Assembly (NCBI GenBank): GCA_963664395.2
Contig: OY761159.2
Span: forward strand, 3,360,001 to 3,424,000
Direction of reading: 5' to 3'
Source: Candidatus Binatia bacterium
GTDB taxonomy: Bacteria > Desulfobacterota > Binatia > Bin18
Length of the DNA stretch: 64,000 nucleotides
The notes under the pieces were generated by a model. It was not told the DNA's origin. It worked only from the letters and a program-made list of their open reading frames with translations, and did no database searches. Each line of letters starts with the position of its first letter. Positions within the stretch are counted from its first letter, which is position 1. Shown here piece after piece: positions 18,204-26,506 of this stretch. Made by a program: the position numbers and the translations under genes.

Positions 18204-19154
18204 TTACTCGTCGGTCGAGGAAGAACGGTGCTGCTCCGCCCGGTAATACTCACGGGCAATTTTTATTCGAGCCTCATCAGCCCGCTCTTCGTTGTATCCG
18301 TCGTTGAGGATGAACCAAGCCATTTCCCGCCAGTTGAAGGCGCAGCCTTTGCTCGCCAGCATCCGAAACAGCCGTGCCAGCAGACGATGGAGCGTTGGTC
18401 CTCTGGCGGCAAGTAACGTCGCTAGTCGGTCCTCGCTGTAAAAGGCCGTTCCCGGTTGGTCTTGATTGCCCTCATATAATACCCGCCCAACCGGCCTTCT
18501 TGGATTATGAGCCAAGCCAGCAGTATGGGACATCAGGGCTATGCCGTGTGTGATAAGCCCCCATTTTTTAATATCCGGGTTTCTGGACATTCCGCGTTGG
18601 CTCATGAGCTTCCAGAACACAGCGCCGCCAGGATTGCTCGGGTCCATGCGTCGGAGGCTGGCTTTTTCTCCTGTTGTCATTTCCTTGGATTCAATCGACT
18701 CGATGGTGTTCGCCATAACAACACCAAAGTTGGCAGGTATCGGACTGCTGGGCAGTCCAGGCAAGAGTTTGGTCACGCTGTTGTGTCCAGCAGTGCCATT
18801 TTCGATAATGTCGTACAGTTCGCGTCGGTGATCTGAGTTATCACCACGCCAAACCTTTGTAGTGATACCCATCTGTTTGAACGCTTCCAGCCAGTCTTCC
18901 TGTCCTTCTCCGAATGGGCTGTCAGCCTCGCGCTTTAACTCTGCTACCAGCATTTCAAACAGACCTGACTCTGGGTGCTGCCGAAACATAACGAGGTCGG
19001 GAAATCCCCTGCCGCGCACTATGCGAAAACCATCAACATGGAACGGTCTCCATCCATGATGAATAGCTTCTTCATGCACCTCTTTGTTAAAGAACCACTC
19101 CCTATCCGTAACAGCGGAATCTGGAGCTTTGTTGACTGGTTGTTGCTCTGACAT
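18204..19154 (-). CDS. cas11: VRR-NUC nuclease-Cas11 (CasB/Cse2) fusion protein
   Basis: Occupies the cas11 slot between cas8e and cas7. The C-terminal ~170 aa are Cse2-like (GEKASLRRM, FWKL, YSEDRLATLL, FNWREMA, IAREYYR). The N-terminal ~120 aa carry E19...GFPD53L...AE72LK74...Q85xxWL...VWR. Confidence 0.85.
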   Translation of the reverse strand: MSEQQPVNKAPDSAVTDREWFFNKEVHEEAIHHGWRPFHVDGFRIVRGRGFPDLVMFRQHPESGLFEMLVAELKREADSPFGEGQEDWLEAFKQMGITTKVWRGDNSDHRRELYDIIENGTAGHNSVTKLLPGLPSSPIPANFGVVMANTIESIESKEMTTGEKASLRRMDPSNPGGAVFWKLMSQRGMSRNPDIKKWGLITHGIALMSHTAGLAHNPRRPVGRVLYEGNQDQPGTAFYSEDRLATLLAARGPTLHRLLARLFRMLASKGCAFNWREMAWFILNDGYNEERADEARIKIAREYYRAEQHRSSSTDE

Positions 19155-19156
19155 AC

Positions 19157-20746
19157 TTAACTCTCCTTCTGTCCTTCATCGAAAAGAAACGGGAGCCCCT
19201 TCGCGCCGCATATCCGACCCTCAAACAGTCCCTCAGCGTTGACACGGGCGCGGTAGCGGTGAATGGCCGGGCAGGGCAGGGAATCCTCGGCAGCGTGCAA
19301 AGTCCGACGAGCGAGGTCAACTATGCCGTCTTTGCCGTTCATTAACCACTCGTTGCGAACACGCTTCCGCTCTGCCTCATCGTCAACCTCGAACTCATCC
19401 TGTAGGTCGTTAAAAAAGCGGGCGTCTACGATTTCGTCTAACTTGTTCAGCCAGGGATGGGCTAGGGCACGATGTTCAGGACTCACCTTATCGCCGTCGC
19501 CTCGGGCGGCGAACACCTGGATGGCGTGGCTGAGAATGCGCTGAACGGTGCCGACCTGTTCAATGCGCTGTTGAGCAATGTCGCCGAGTTCGGCAGTACC
19601 TCCCACTCTTCCGAAAACCTGTATTGTTTTGGAGCGTAGTGGGATGACTCGTTCGTGATAGCCTTCGGTCATGCCTTGTTTATTCGTATTGTTCTTTGTA
19701 CTTCGCGCTACTAGTTGCATTGAGGTGTTTGAATCACGGTCTTCTGAAGACCTTGATAACAATGGAGGCCACTCCCAATCAGCGGACGTGAGATAGGTCG
19801 TTATGCGTTTATAGCTAAAACCTGCCGGTCCGATGTTCAGGGCTTTGCCTTCTTTTTTGTTGATCGGAGTCCAAGGGTCTCCAGTCCGTCCGTTAATATT
19901 TTTTGCCTCAATACGACTGGATTCAGAGTTTGCCCTGACGCCGTACAGATTTCCCTTTTCGTTTGTTTGAAGCCGGACGCGGCGGCAGATTTCTATGTAG
20001 AAGGGGTCCAGTTGGTCAAGTCGTATTCCTTCTTTCTTGTTTCCGTCCCACGGTATGGCCCACAATAAATCCGCCCCACCATCGGTCATCGGATAATCGG
20101 CCAAAATTGTCTGGCGATGTTTCTGCAAGACTTTAATATCTCTGAGAACGTGAGCGCCAGTGCGTCCGGATGGCGCGAGGCTAAAAGCGGGCCGCCCGGA
20201 ATATGCGCTTCTGATTCTCGAAATCGGATAATTGCCTCTACCATTCTGGAGTGACATCGTTTGCAGCGTAATCAGCGCGAAGAGCCATTCATCAGGAACG
20301 GCCTGCGTCGCCACAGCGGCTTTCAGGTCGTGATTCTTGGAGGTGACGAGCATGTCCAGTTCGTCGGGTGTGGCGACAGTGCTCTTGTAATCCTTCTCGC
20401 GCTCTGCGGACGAGGCCGGGGGCTGCATGAAGGCGGGTTTGGTGATGTCGTCAACCACAAGCTGCCAGGGCTCGTCGTTGGGATAGTCAGGTGTCAGCGC
20501 GCGAATAATACGCAGCCACTCCGTGGCATCTTTAGGTGGCGTCAGTCCAGCCCGTCCCGGTGCATCGCCATTGACACCCAACTGAACCAGAAAGGCGTGC
20601 CAGGCGTGGCGCTGATGGGGCCGGAGCGCAGGAAAGGCGTCTATTTTGTCATCTATCAGTGCGGCGTAGGTTTCGGGCAGGGAGGCGGGATATGTACTTC
20701 CGGCCGCGTTAATCCGAATCAAGGGGTCAGTGAGAATGTTGAGCAT
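19157..20746 (-). CDS. cas8e: Type I-E Cas8e (CasA/Cse1)
   Basis: NILTDPLI, LRPHQRHAWHAFLVQL, PAFMQP, DMLVTSKNHDLK, EICRRVRL, TGDPWTP and TEGYHER motifs. Confidence 0.92.
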   Translation of the reverse strand: MLNILTDPLIRINAAGSTYPASLPETYAALIDDKIDAFPALRPHQRHAWHAFLVQLGVNGDAPGRAGLTPPKDATEWLRIIRALTPDYPNDEPWQLVVDDITKPAFMQPPASSAEREKDYKSTVATPDELDMLVTSKNHDLKAAVATQAVPDEWLFALITLQTMSLQNGRGNYPISRIRSAYSGRPAFSLAPSGRTGAHVLRDIKVLQKHRQTILADYPMTDGGADLLWAIPWDGNKKEGIRLDQLDPFYIEICRRVRLQTNEKGNLYGVRANSESSRIEAKNINGRTGDPWTPINKKEGKALNIGPAGFSYKRITTYLTSADWEWPPLLSRSSEDRDSNTSMQLVARSTKNNTNKQGMTEGYHERVIPLRSKTIQVFGRVGGTAELGDIAQQRIEQVGTVQRILSHAIQVFAARGDGDKVSPEHRALAHPWLNKLDEIVDARFFNDLQDEFEVDDEAERKRVRNEWLMNGKDGIVDLARRTLHAAEDSLPCPAIHRYRARVNAEGLFEGRICGAKGLPFLFDEGQKES

Positions 20747-20884
20747 ATCTTCTCCGAGCTACTGATGCAGAGCGAGGTTCGTCCAAATCAACGGATCATT
20801 TAAGGCGTTTAACGTGTGAAAATCTCCTTTCGGGTTTTTTACCCGACTATGGTGAGGCATGTCAGGATGGTGCTCGGAAATTTG

Positions 20885-21108
20885 GGTAGTGTCTCAGTTT
20901 GAATCCTTTGGATTTCGCTCTCGTATGGCGGACCTTGACTCCGCCTGCCGCAGTGTTTTGGCCTCGCTGATAAAGGGATACTGTGCATAATTTGCCGCCC
21001 TTGTCCCTACCAAGATTAGTAGGAAGTGAAGAAAAATGACGAGGGCGTCGAAAAAAGTGGGCAGGCAATCAGCGGCGAGGAGAAGCAATTTCAAAGTGAG
21101 ACACTACC
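20885..21108. mobile_element. IS1-like MITE, 224 bp (copy 1 of 2)
   Basis: TIRs GGTAGTGTCTCA.../...TGAGACACTACC; 8-bp target duplication GAAATTTG (20877-20884, 21109-21116); near-identical inverted copy at 35259-35481. Confidence 0.9.
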
Positions 21109-21246
21109 GAAATTTGAAATTCTATCCTTGTGCATAGCGTCCGCACCTCCAATGAACACGGTGATTCAGCGAGCGCAGCTTGTACAACGGCTGTATTTGG
21201 TATTGCGATTCTGACCAGAGCGGTCTTTTGAGAAATGGGACGGACT

Positions 21247-21480
21247 ATGCAAGCAGACTATGCTGGAATTATCACGGTCGAACCGGGCAAGCGCGGCGGG
21301 AAACCCTGCATTCGTGGCCTGCGCATCACGGTCTACGATATTCTGGAGTATCTGGCGTCCGGGATGACCGAGTCTGAAATTCTGGCCGATTTTCCCGACC
21401 TGACCCGCGAGGATATCCGGGCGTGTCTGGCATTTGCCGCTGAGCGGGAGCGTCGCTTGGTAGCCATTCCGCCAGAATGA
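21247..21480 (+). CDS. DUF433 family antitoxin-like protein; partner toxin truncated
   Basis: ITVEPGKRGGKPCIRGLRITVYDILEYLASG...DIRACLAFAA; overlapping ATGA begins MRLL*, like the start of a DUF5615 PIN partner. Confidence 0.85.
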   Translation: MQADYAGIITVEPGKRGGKPCIRGLRITVYDILEYLASGMTESEILADFPDLTREDIRACLAFAAERERRLVAIPPE

Positions 21481-21520
21481 GACTGTTGTAGCCGGCGAAA
21501 CAGCGCGGCGAGCAGGCTGC

Positions 21521-24199
21521 CTATACCCGGCGCAGTCCCAGCCGGTCGTACCGGAAACGGGACTCGCCCATACGGAATGTAAAACCGCTGTCCTCCAGGT
21601 CGGGAACGACCGGCTTGTCGTCGGTCGCCTCGTCGGACAGACGGGGGGCCAGATGATGGGGGATGGTCAACTGCCCAATGGCTTCTGCCCCGAACGGGCT
21701 TGGCGCTGGTGGGTCCAACTCCACTTCAATGCCCTCGTCACCCAGCCGAGTGCGTATGCGTTCTTCGTCACTACCGAATACAACCTCACGGTTGTCATCG
21801 CCAAAAAAGGATTTGTCGTAACGAACGAGGGCACTCCGCGCGGTCAGGGCTCCGGCCAGGGTTGCCCCGGTCATACGATTGGCGTGGATTTGCCAGGCGT
21901 CGCCCAACTCGTCGGTTATGGCTTTCAGGGCGTCGGGGTGGGTCGTTCGCTCCACCAGTTCCCGGTTCATTGCCGGGATACGCCATTCCGGGTGGTGGAG
22001 AATCAGCCGGCGCGTCGCCTCAAGCACACGCAGATCCTCGTAGACGAACCCGTGCGGTCCCAGCCCGTTCCGACCGGGACCTTTGGATAATAAGGGTGAG
22101 AGGTCATCCCTCTCCGGCATCAGCACGATACACGCGGGCGTCGCGTAGCCTTCGGGCCGGTCAGCCCGTTGGTGGCGGTGCAGCCGACCGATGCGCTGGA
22201 GCAGTACGTCCATCGGGCACAAGTCGGTGATTAACAGGTCCGCGTCTATGTCCAGCGATTGCTCCAAGGTCTGCGTCCCCACAATAATGCATCCGCCGGA
22301 CGGACGGTCTTTACCGATCTGATCTTCCACCGCTTTGTCCAGCACGAGTCGGTCTTCACGGGCGAACCTGCCGTGGTGGAGGGTGAGAATGCCGCGACAG
22401 GCGTAGAGCAGGTGGCTTTCGTCCTGGGCAATCATTGCTTCCACCGTCTGTTGGGTGTCAATGGCGTATTGCACGGTGTTCCGTACCACCAGAACCTTGG
22501 CTCCGGCACGGGTCGCGCGCAGAGCGCGTTGGGCTACCTGGGTGAAATCTCCCATGTCCGAGATGGCCTCAACCCGAACCGTTTTCTCCCTCCCGTTTTC
22601 GTTCACGGCGATGGTGGTTTTGCCGGTACGCGTCGAGACCGCAGGGTAGGGGGTCTCGATGGCGTCGTTCAACGACGGTGGAGTATTGGTAGCAGAGGAA
22701 GATTTTTCGGACAGCCAGCGAGAGCGTGCCGCAGAGCCGAGCGTGGCAGACATCAGGAGGGCGTAGCCGCCAGTCCCGATATGGACACGTAGTAAGGCTT
22801 CGAGAATGACGCGCATATAGGGGTCGGAGGCGTGCACCTCGTCCACTACCAGAAGATTGCGCGACAGGCAGGCGGCGCGCATATGGGCGTGCTTGACCTG
22901 GAGGGCGGCCAGCATGGCTTGGTCAACCGTACCGACGGCGATTTGGGCTGCCAGGTAGCGCTTGGCGCTCTCGGCTGCCCAGCGGCGTTTTTCGGTGAGG
23001 ATGTCGGGATGATCGTCCCACCACACCTCGTATTTCGGCAGATGCTTTCCTGTGGCGGCTCCGGCACGGACATAGCCGGGGACTGCCAGCACGGGCTCCG
23101 GGCCGACTCCTTCGGGGAACAGCTTGTCAATGAAGCGTGTGATGCGTCTGTGCATCTGGCTGGCTGCCGCACGGGTAGGCAAGGCAAAATACAGTCCGTC
23201 TACCCGTCCGTCTTGATACATATGGGCAAAGCGCCAGAGCGCGGCCTCGGTTTTCCCAGAGCCGGTTTCGGACTCGATGATAACCAGGCGCTCGTCCAGC
23301 GGAACCGCTATCGCCGAGTGCTGAATGGGGTTGGGCGTTGCGTTGGGGATGCCGAATAGGGCGTCGAAATTCGGCAGGGCGGGCAGTACGTGAAAAGCGC
23401 TCCGCTGGCTTTCGATATTCAACCCGATTTCCAAGAGCGCATTGTGGGCGTTGTGCCGTGCGGTCTGCATGTAGTCGTCACGAGGCTCGTCGCAGAATGG
23501 GAAGTGGGTTTCGTCAGAACCAATCCAGTCGGCCAGCATGCACAGGCCCAGAAACATATGCTGAAAAGCGGGAGTGGACGGCAGAGGAAGCGCACGAAGT
23601 GTCCAGGCTGCAGGAAACCAGTCTCGCACCAGCCGCCCGATGCGCTCTACACCACGCCGGGGGTGCAGTGCACCGAAGGAGCGCCAGATGGCGGGATTCT
23701 TGGACCGACTATCCTGCATGTTAAGTGGCCGACCGTGGTGAGACAGCGCAGCCACGAACAAGGCGCAGACCGTCTCTCCGCCGCAATCGTCCCAGGTCAG
23801 AAAATCCTCCCACCAGCCCAGCGTACTGAAGAACCAGTCCGCGGTTTCGGTGTCATCGTAGTTCAGAACCGGTGTCAGGTCGGCGATATGTCCGGCAGGG
23901 CGTGGGTGGCGCGTATCTGTGGGAAAGTCGGATTCCTGCCATATCCGTGTCTGAAAGCCGATGTTGACTTTGCCTATGTCGTGCATAGCTGCCAAGACTG
24001 CCAGCCGTGCTGCAATCACAGGGTCAATGTCGTCCAGCTTGCCAGCCCGTGCTAGTCGTTGTCGGATAGTCGGCTGTGCCAGCAGAGCCTCAAAGCAGGC
24101 CCCCACATCAGCCATATGGTGTTCCAGCAGATGGATACGTTGTGGGTTTTCGCGGTCGGATTTTGCCCAGAAGACCTGGGTATATGCTGCGGGTAGCAT
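21521..24199 (-). CDS. cas3: Cas3 HD nuclease-helicase
   Basis: HD domain (WAKS, HMADV, HDIGK, HHG, ADWIGS) plus SF2 motifs ETGSGKTE, DEVH, SAT, HHGRF, QRIGRLHRH; start at MLPAAY after a GAGG RBS. Confidence 0.96.
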   Translation of the reverse strand: MLPAAYTQVFWAKSDRENPQRIHLLEHHMADVGACFEALLAQPTIRQRLARAGKLDDIDPVIAARLAVLAAMHDIGKVNIGFQTRIWQESDFPTDTRHPRPAGHIADLTPVLNYDDTETADWFFSTLGWWEDFLTWDDCGGETVCALFVAALSHHGRPLNMQDSRSKNPAIWRSFGALHPRRGVERIGRLVRDWFPAAWTLRALPLPSTPAFQHMFLGLCMLADWIGSDETHFPFCDEPRDDYMQTARHNAHNALLEIGLNIESQRSAFHVLPALPNFDALFGIPNATPNPIQHSAIAVPLDERLVIIESETGSGKTEAALWRFAHMYQDGRVDGLYFALPTRAAASQMHRRITRFIDKLFPEGVGPEPVLAVPGYVRAGAATGKHLPKYEVWWDDHPDILTEKRRWAAESAKRYLAAQIAVGTVDQAMLAALQVKHAHMRAACLSRNLLVVDEVHASDPYMRVILEALLRVHIGTGGYALLMSATLGSAARSRWLSEKSSSATNTPPSLNDAIETPYPAVSTRTGKTTIAVNENGREKTVRVEAISDMGDFTQVAQRALRATRAGAKVLVVRNTVQYAIDTQQTVEAMIAQDESHLLYACRGILTLHHGRFAREDRLVLDKAVEDQIGKDRPSGGCIIVGTQTLEQSLDIDADLLITDLCPMDVLLQRIGRLHRHQRADRPEGYATPACIVLMPERDDLSPLLSKGPGRNGLGPHGFVYEDLRVLEATRRLILHHPEWRIPAMNRELVERTTHPDALKAITDELGDAWQIHANRMTGATLAGALTARSALVRYDKSFFGDDNREVVFGSDEERIRTRLGDEGIEVELDPPAPSPFGAEAIGQLTIPHHLAPRLSDEATDDKPVVPDLEDSGFTFRMGESRFRYDRLGLRRV

Positions 24200-24336
24200 G
24201 TCCTCTCTCGATAAAAGCGCCGACTGCTGGAAACACGCAGGTATAGCAATCGACATTGAGGGGTCAAGCTCGCCTGCCCCGCCGCTCAGCTCTTCCTGCT
24301 CAAATACGAATGCGTTGACGCAGAGCCGTGAGGAGA

Positions 24337-24373
24337 CCCCTCACCCTAGCCCTCTCCCCCAAGGGGAGAGGGG
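24337..24373. repeat. REP-like hairpin (CCCTCACCC...CCCTCTCCC...GGGAGAGGG family)
   Basis: Palindromic stem; related copies near 29613-29645 and 62389-62423. Confidence 0.6.
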
Positions 24374-24445
24374 ATAATCAGAACAGGAACGAGGGAGACA
24401 TATCAAACGGCCGCCGGACAGTCGTGAACCCGAGCCGTCGGCGTA

Positions 24446-24766
24446 TCAGGCTCCCGGCGGCCGGTAGGGTACGCTTTTGCCGACCGCTTCGTCCACGGTT
24501 TCCGGTGTAACGAGGACGGTGACGCCGATGTTGAGGGCGCCGGCGGCACCGATCGTCAAGGACACGGCCGTTGCCGTGGCGTCGTCTGGAAGATCGGCAA
24601 TGATGTACAGGTCGGGCTCCCCGAAGGCGTAGTACAGCACCTCTACGCTGCCGCCCATGCCCTCAATGGTCGCGGTTAAGGCCTCCCGCCGGCGCGTGCC
24701 GCCTTCCTTCAGCAAACCGGTCAGTCCCGACTGCGTGTACGTTGCGTGAAACATGTATTTGCCCAT
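24446..24766 (-). CDS. GYD domain protein
   Basis: YMFHATYTQSGLTGLLKEGG, GGSVEVLYYAFGEPDLYII and YRPPG motifs. Confidence 0.85.
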   Translation of the reverse strand: MGKYMFHATYTQSGLTGLLKEGGTRRREALTATIEGMGGSVEVLYYAFGEPDLYIIADLPDDATATAVSLTIGAAGALNIGVTVLVTPETVDEAVGKSVPYRPPGA

Positions 24767-24778
24767 TGGCTTCCCTCC

Positions 24779-24875
24779 GTTTCAATCCTCACCGACCTGT
24801 TAAGGCCGGTGTTTCCGCTGAGTGGATTATATGCCAGTCGGATCAAGTGTTTCAATCCTCATCGGCCCGTTGAGG
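24779..24875 (-). CRISPR. Mini/relic CRISPR unit of a second repeat family: 37-bp repeat, 33-bp spacer, partial repeat
   Basis: GTTTCAATCCTCACCGACCTGTTAAGGCCGGTGTTTC (24779-24815), spacer 24816-24848, GTTTCAATCCTCATCGGCCCGTTGAGG (24849-24875). Confidence 0.65.
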
Positions 24876-24979
24876 AGGGAACGTAAACTGAGGGAGCCCT
24901 GAATGCGTGAGTCGTCGCGCCTCAGTTGCATTCGCGGGATGGGCTGACGTATGATTCCGCAAAAAGAAGGAGGCTGCCT

Positions 24980-26491
24980 ATGCCCGTGCGTATGCCTAGC
25001 CCGCAGGATCTGCGTGACGCCGGTCGGCGTTTCGGTTTTGATGTGAATGACGAAGAGGTTGACGGCTTCTCGCAGTATATCCGCGAGATGCTGCCGGCCT
25101 ACCGGCGCCTTGACGAATTGGTTGCGCCCACCGTTCCAGTCAAGTATCCGCGGCGGGATTTTGGGGCGCGACCGGCGACCGAGGACAATCGGGACAACGG
25201 CTGGGCGTGGCGCTGCTCCATTCCCGGTGCGCCCAATGGCCCGTTGGCCGGCAAGAAGGTCGGGCTGAAGGATCACGTGCGCGTTGCGGGCATTCCGCTG
25301 CTGAACAGCTCCAGCGTCATGGAAGGCTATGTGCCGACCGAAGACGCCACGATTGTCACCCGTCTGCTCGACGCCGGCGCCGAGATCATCGGCAAGGTGG
25401 TGAATGGCTCGCACTGTTTCGACGCAATCGGGCTCAGCATCTACCCTGGGCCGCAGCCGATCAATCCGGCCGGGCCGGCCACGGGCCGCCACTGTGCCGG
25501 TGGGTCGTCAAACGGCAGCGCGGTCGTGGTCGCCAACGGCGACGCGGATATCACCATGGGCGGTGACCAGGGTGGCTCGATTCGCTGCCCGGCTGCGTGG
25601 TGCGGCATCGTTGGGCTCAAGCCGACCTTCGGCCTGGTTCCGCATACCGGGCTGGCCGGCCTCGATCATAGCGTCGATCACACCGGGCCGATGACGAAAA
25701 CGGTGCGCGACTGTGCGCTCGCCTTGCAGGCCGTGGCCGGCGCGGACGGCCTGGACCCGCGCCAGAAAGACGTTCAGGTCAAAGATTACACCGCCCGCCT
25801 CGAAGATGGCGTCGGCGGCTTGCGGATAGGCATCCTCGCCCAGGGCTTCGGCCACGCCCAATCGATGCCCGCGGTGGACGCGGCCGTGCGTGAGGCGGCG
25901 CGGGTGCTGGAGCGCGCGGGTACGACGCTGAGCGAGGTGTCGGTCCCGCTGCATCTGGACGGCAACGCGATCCTGTGGCCGCTCATGATTCAGGGCGGAA
26001 ACGAGACGACCAAACAGGATGGCTGCGGACACGGCTGGTCGGGCCACTACGCCCTGGATCACGTGAACTTCATGCACCGGGCCGTGAAGGCGCGCTCGAA
26101 CGATCTGCCGCTGGGTCTGAAGCTCGTACTGCTGCTGGGCGAATATACCCATCAGCGCTACGGCATGCACTACTATGCCAAGGCGCAGAACCTCACCCGC
26201 ACGCTGCGGGCCGCCTACGAGCAGGTCTTCAAAGACGTCGATGTGCTGCTTATGCCGACGGTCCCGTTCACCGCGCCGGCCATGCCCCAAGAGGAGCTTT
26301 CGACGTATGGCTTTCTGTCGATTTTTGCCAACATGATCCACAACACCGGGTCGTTCAACGTGACCGGCCATCCGGCGCTGAGCGTTCCCTGCGGCACGCA
26401 CGAGGGGCTGCCGATCGGCCTGCAACTGGTCGGCCGCCACTTCGACGACGACGTGCTGCTGCGGGCGGCGTATGCGTATGAGCAGAGCTGA
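24980..26491 (+). CDS. Amidase signature family protein
   Basis: GLKD, AGGSSNGSA and GGDQGGSIRCPA (Ser-cisSer-Lys triad); AGGAGG RBS before MPVRMP. Confidence 0.93.
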   Translation: MPVRMPSPQDLRDAGRRFGFDVNDEEVDGFSQYIREMLPAYRRLDELVAPTVPVKYPRRDFGARPATEDNRDNGWAWRCSIPGAPNGPLAGKKVGLKDHVRVAGIPLLNSSSVMEGYVPTEDATIVTRLLDAGAEIIGKVVNGSHCFDAIGLSIYPGPQPINPAGPATGRHCAGGSSNGSAVVVANGDADITMGGDQGGSIRCPAAWCGIVGLKPTFGLVPHTGLAGLDHSVDHTGPMTKTVRDCALALQAVAGADGLDPRQKDVQVKDYTARLEDGVGGLRIGILAQGFGHAQSMPAVDAAVREAARVLERAGTTLSEVSVPLHLDGNAILWPLMIQGGNETTKQDGCGHGWSGHYALDHVNFMHRAVKARSNDLPLGLKLVLLLGEYTHQRYGMHYYAKAQNLTRTLRAAYEQVFKDVDVLLMPTVPFTAPAMPQEELSTYGFLSIFANMIHNTGSFNVTGHPALSVPCGTHEGLPIGLQLVGRHFDDDVLLRAAYAYEQS

Positions 26492-26506
26492 TACCCCGGC
26501 GGCGAA

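Noticed and set aside
24240-24270. Mini-array spacer as a CreR-like guide against the putative cas3 promoter
   Set aside because: Only CTTGA.CC matches, with mismatches in the would-be seed, and the repeat family differs from the I-E repeat.
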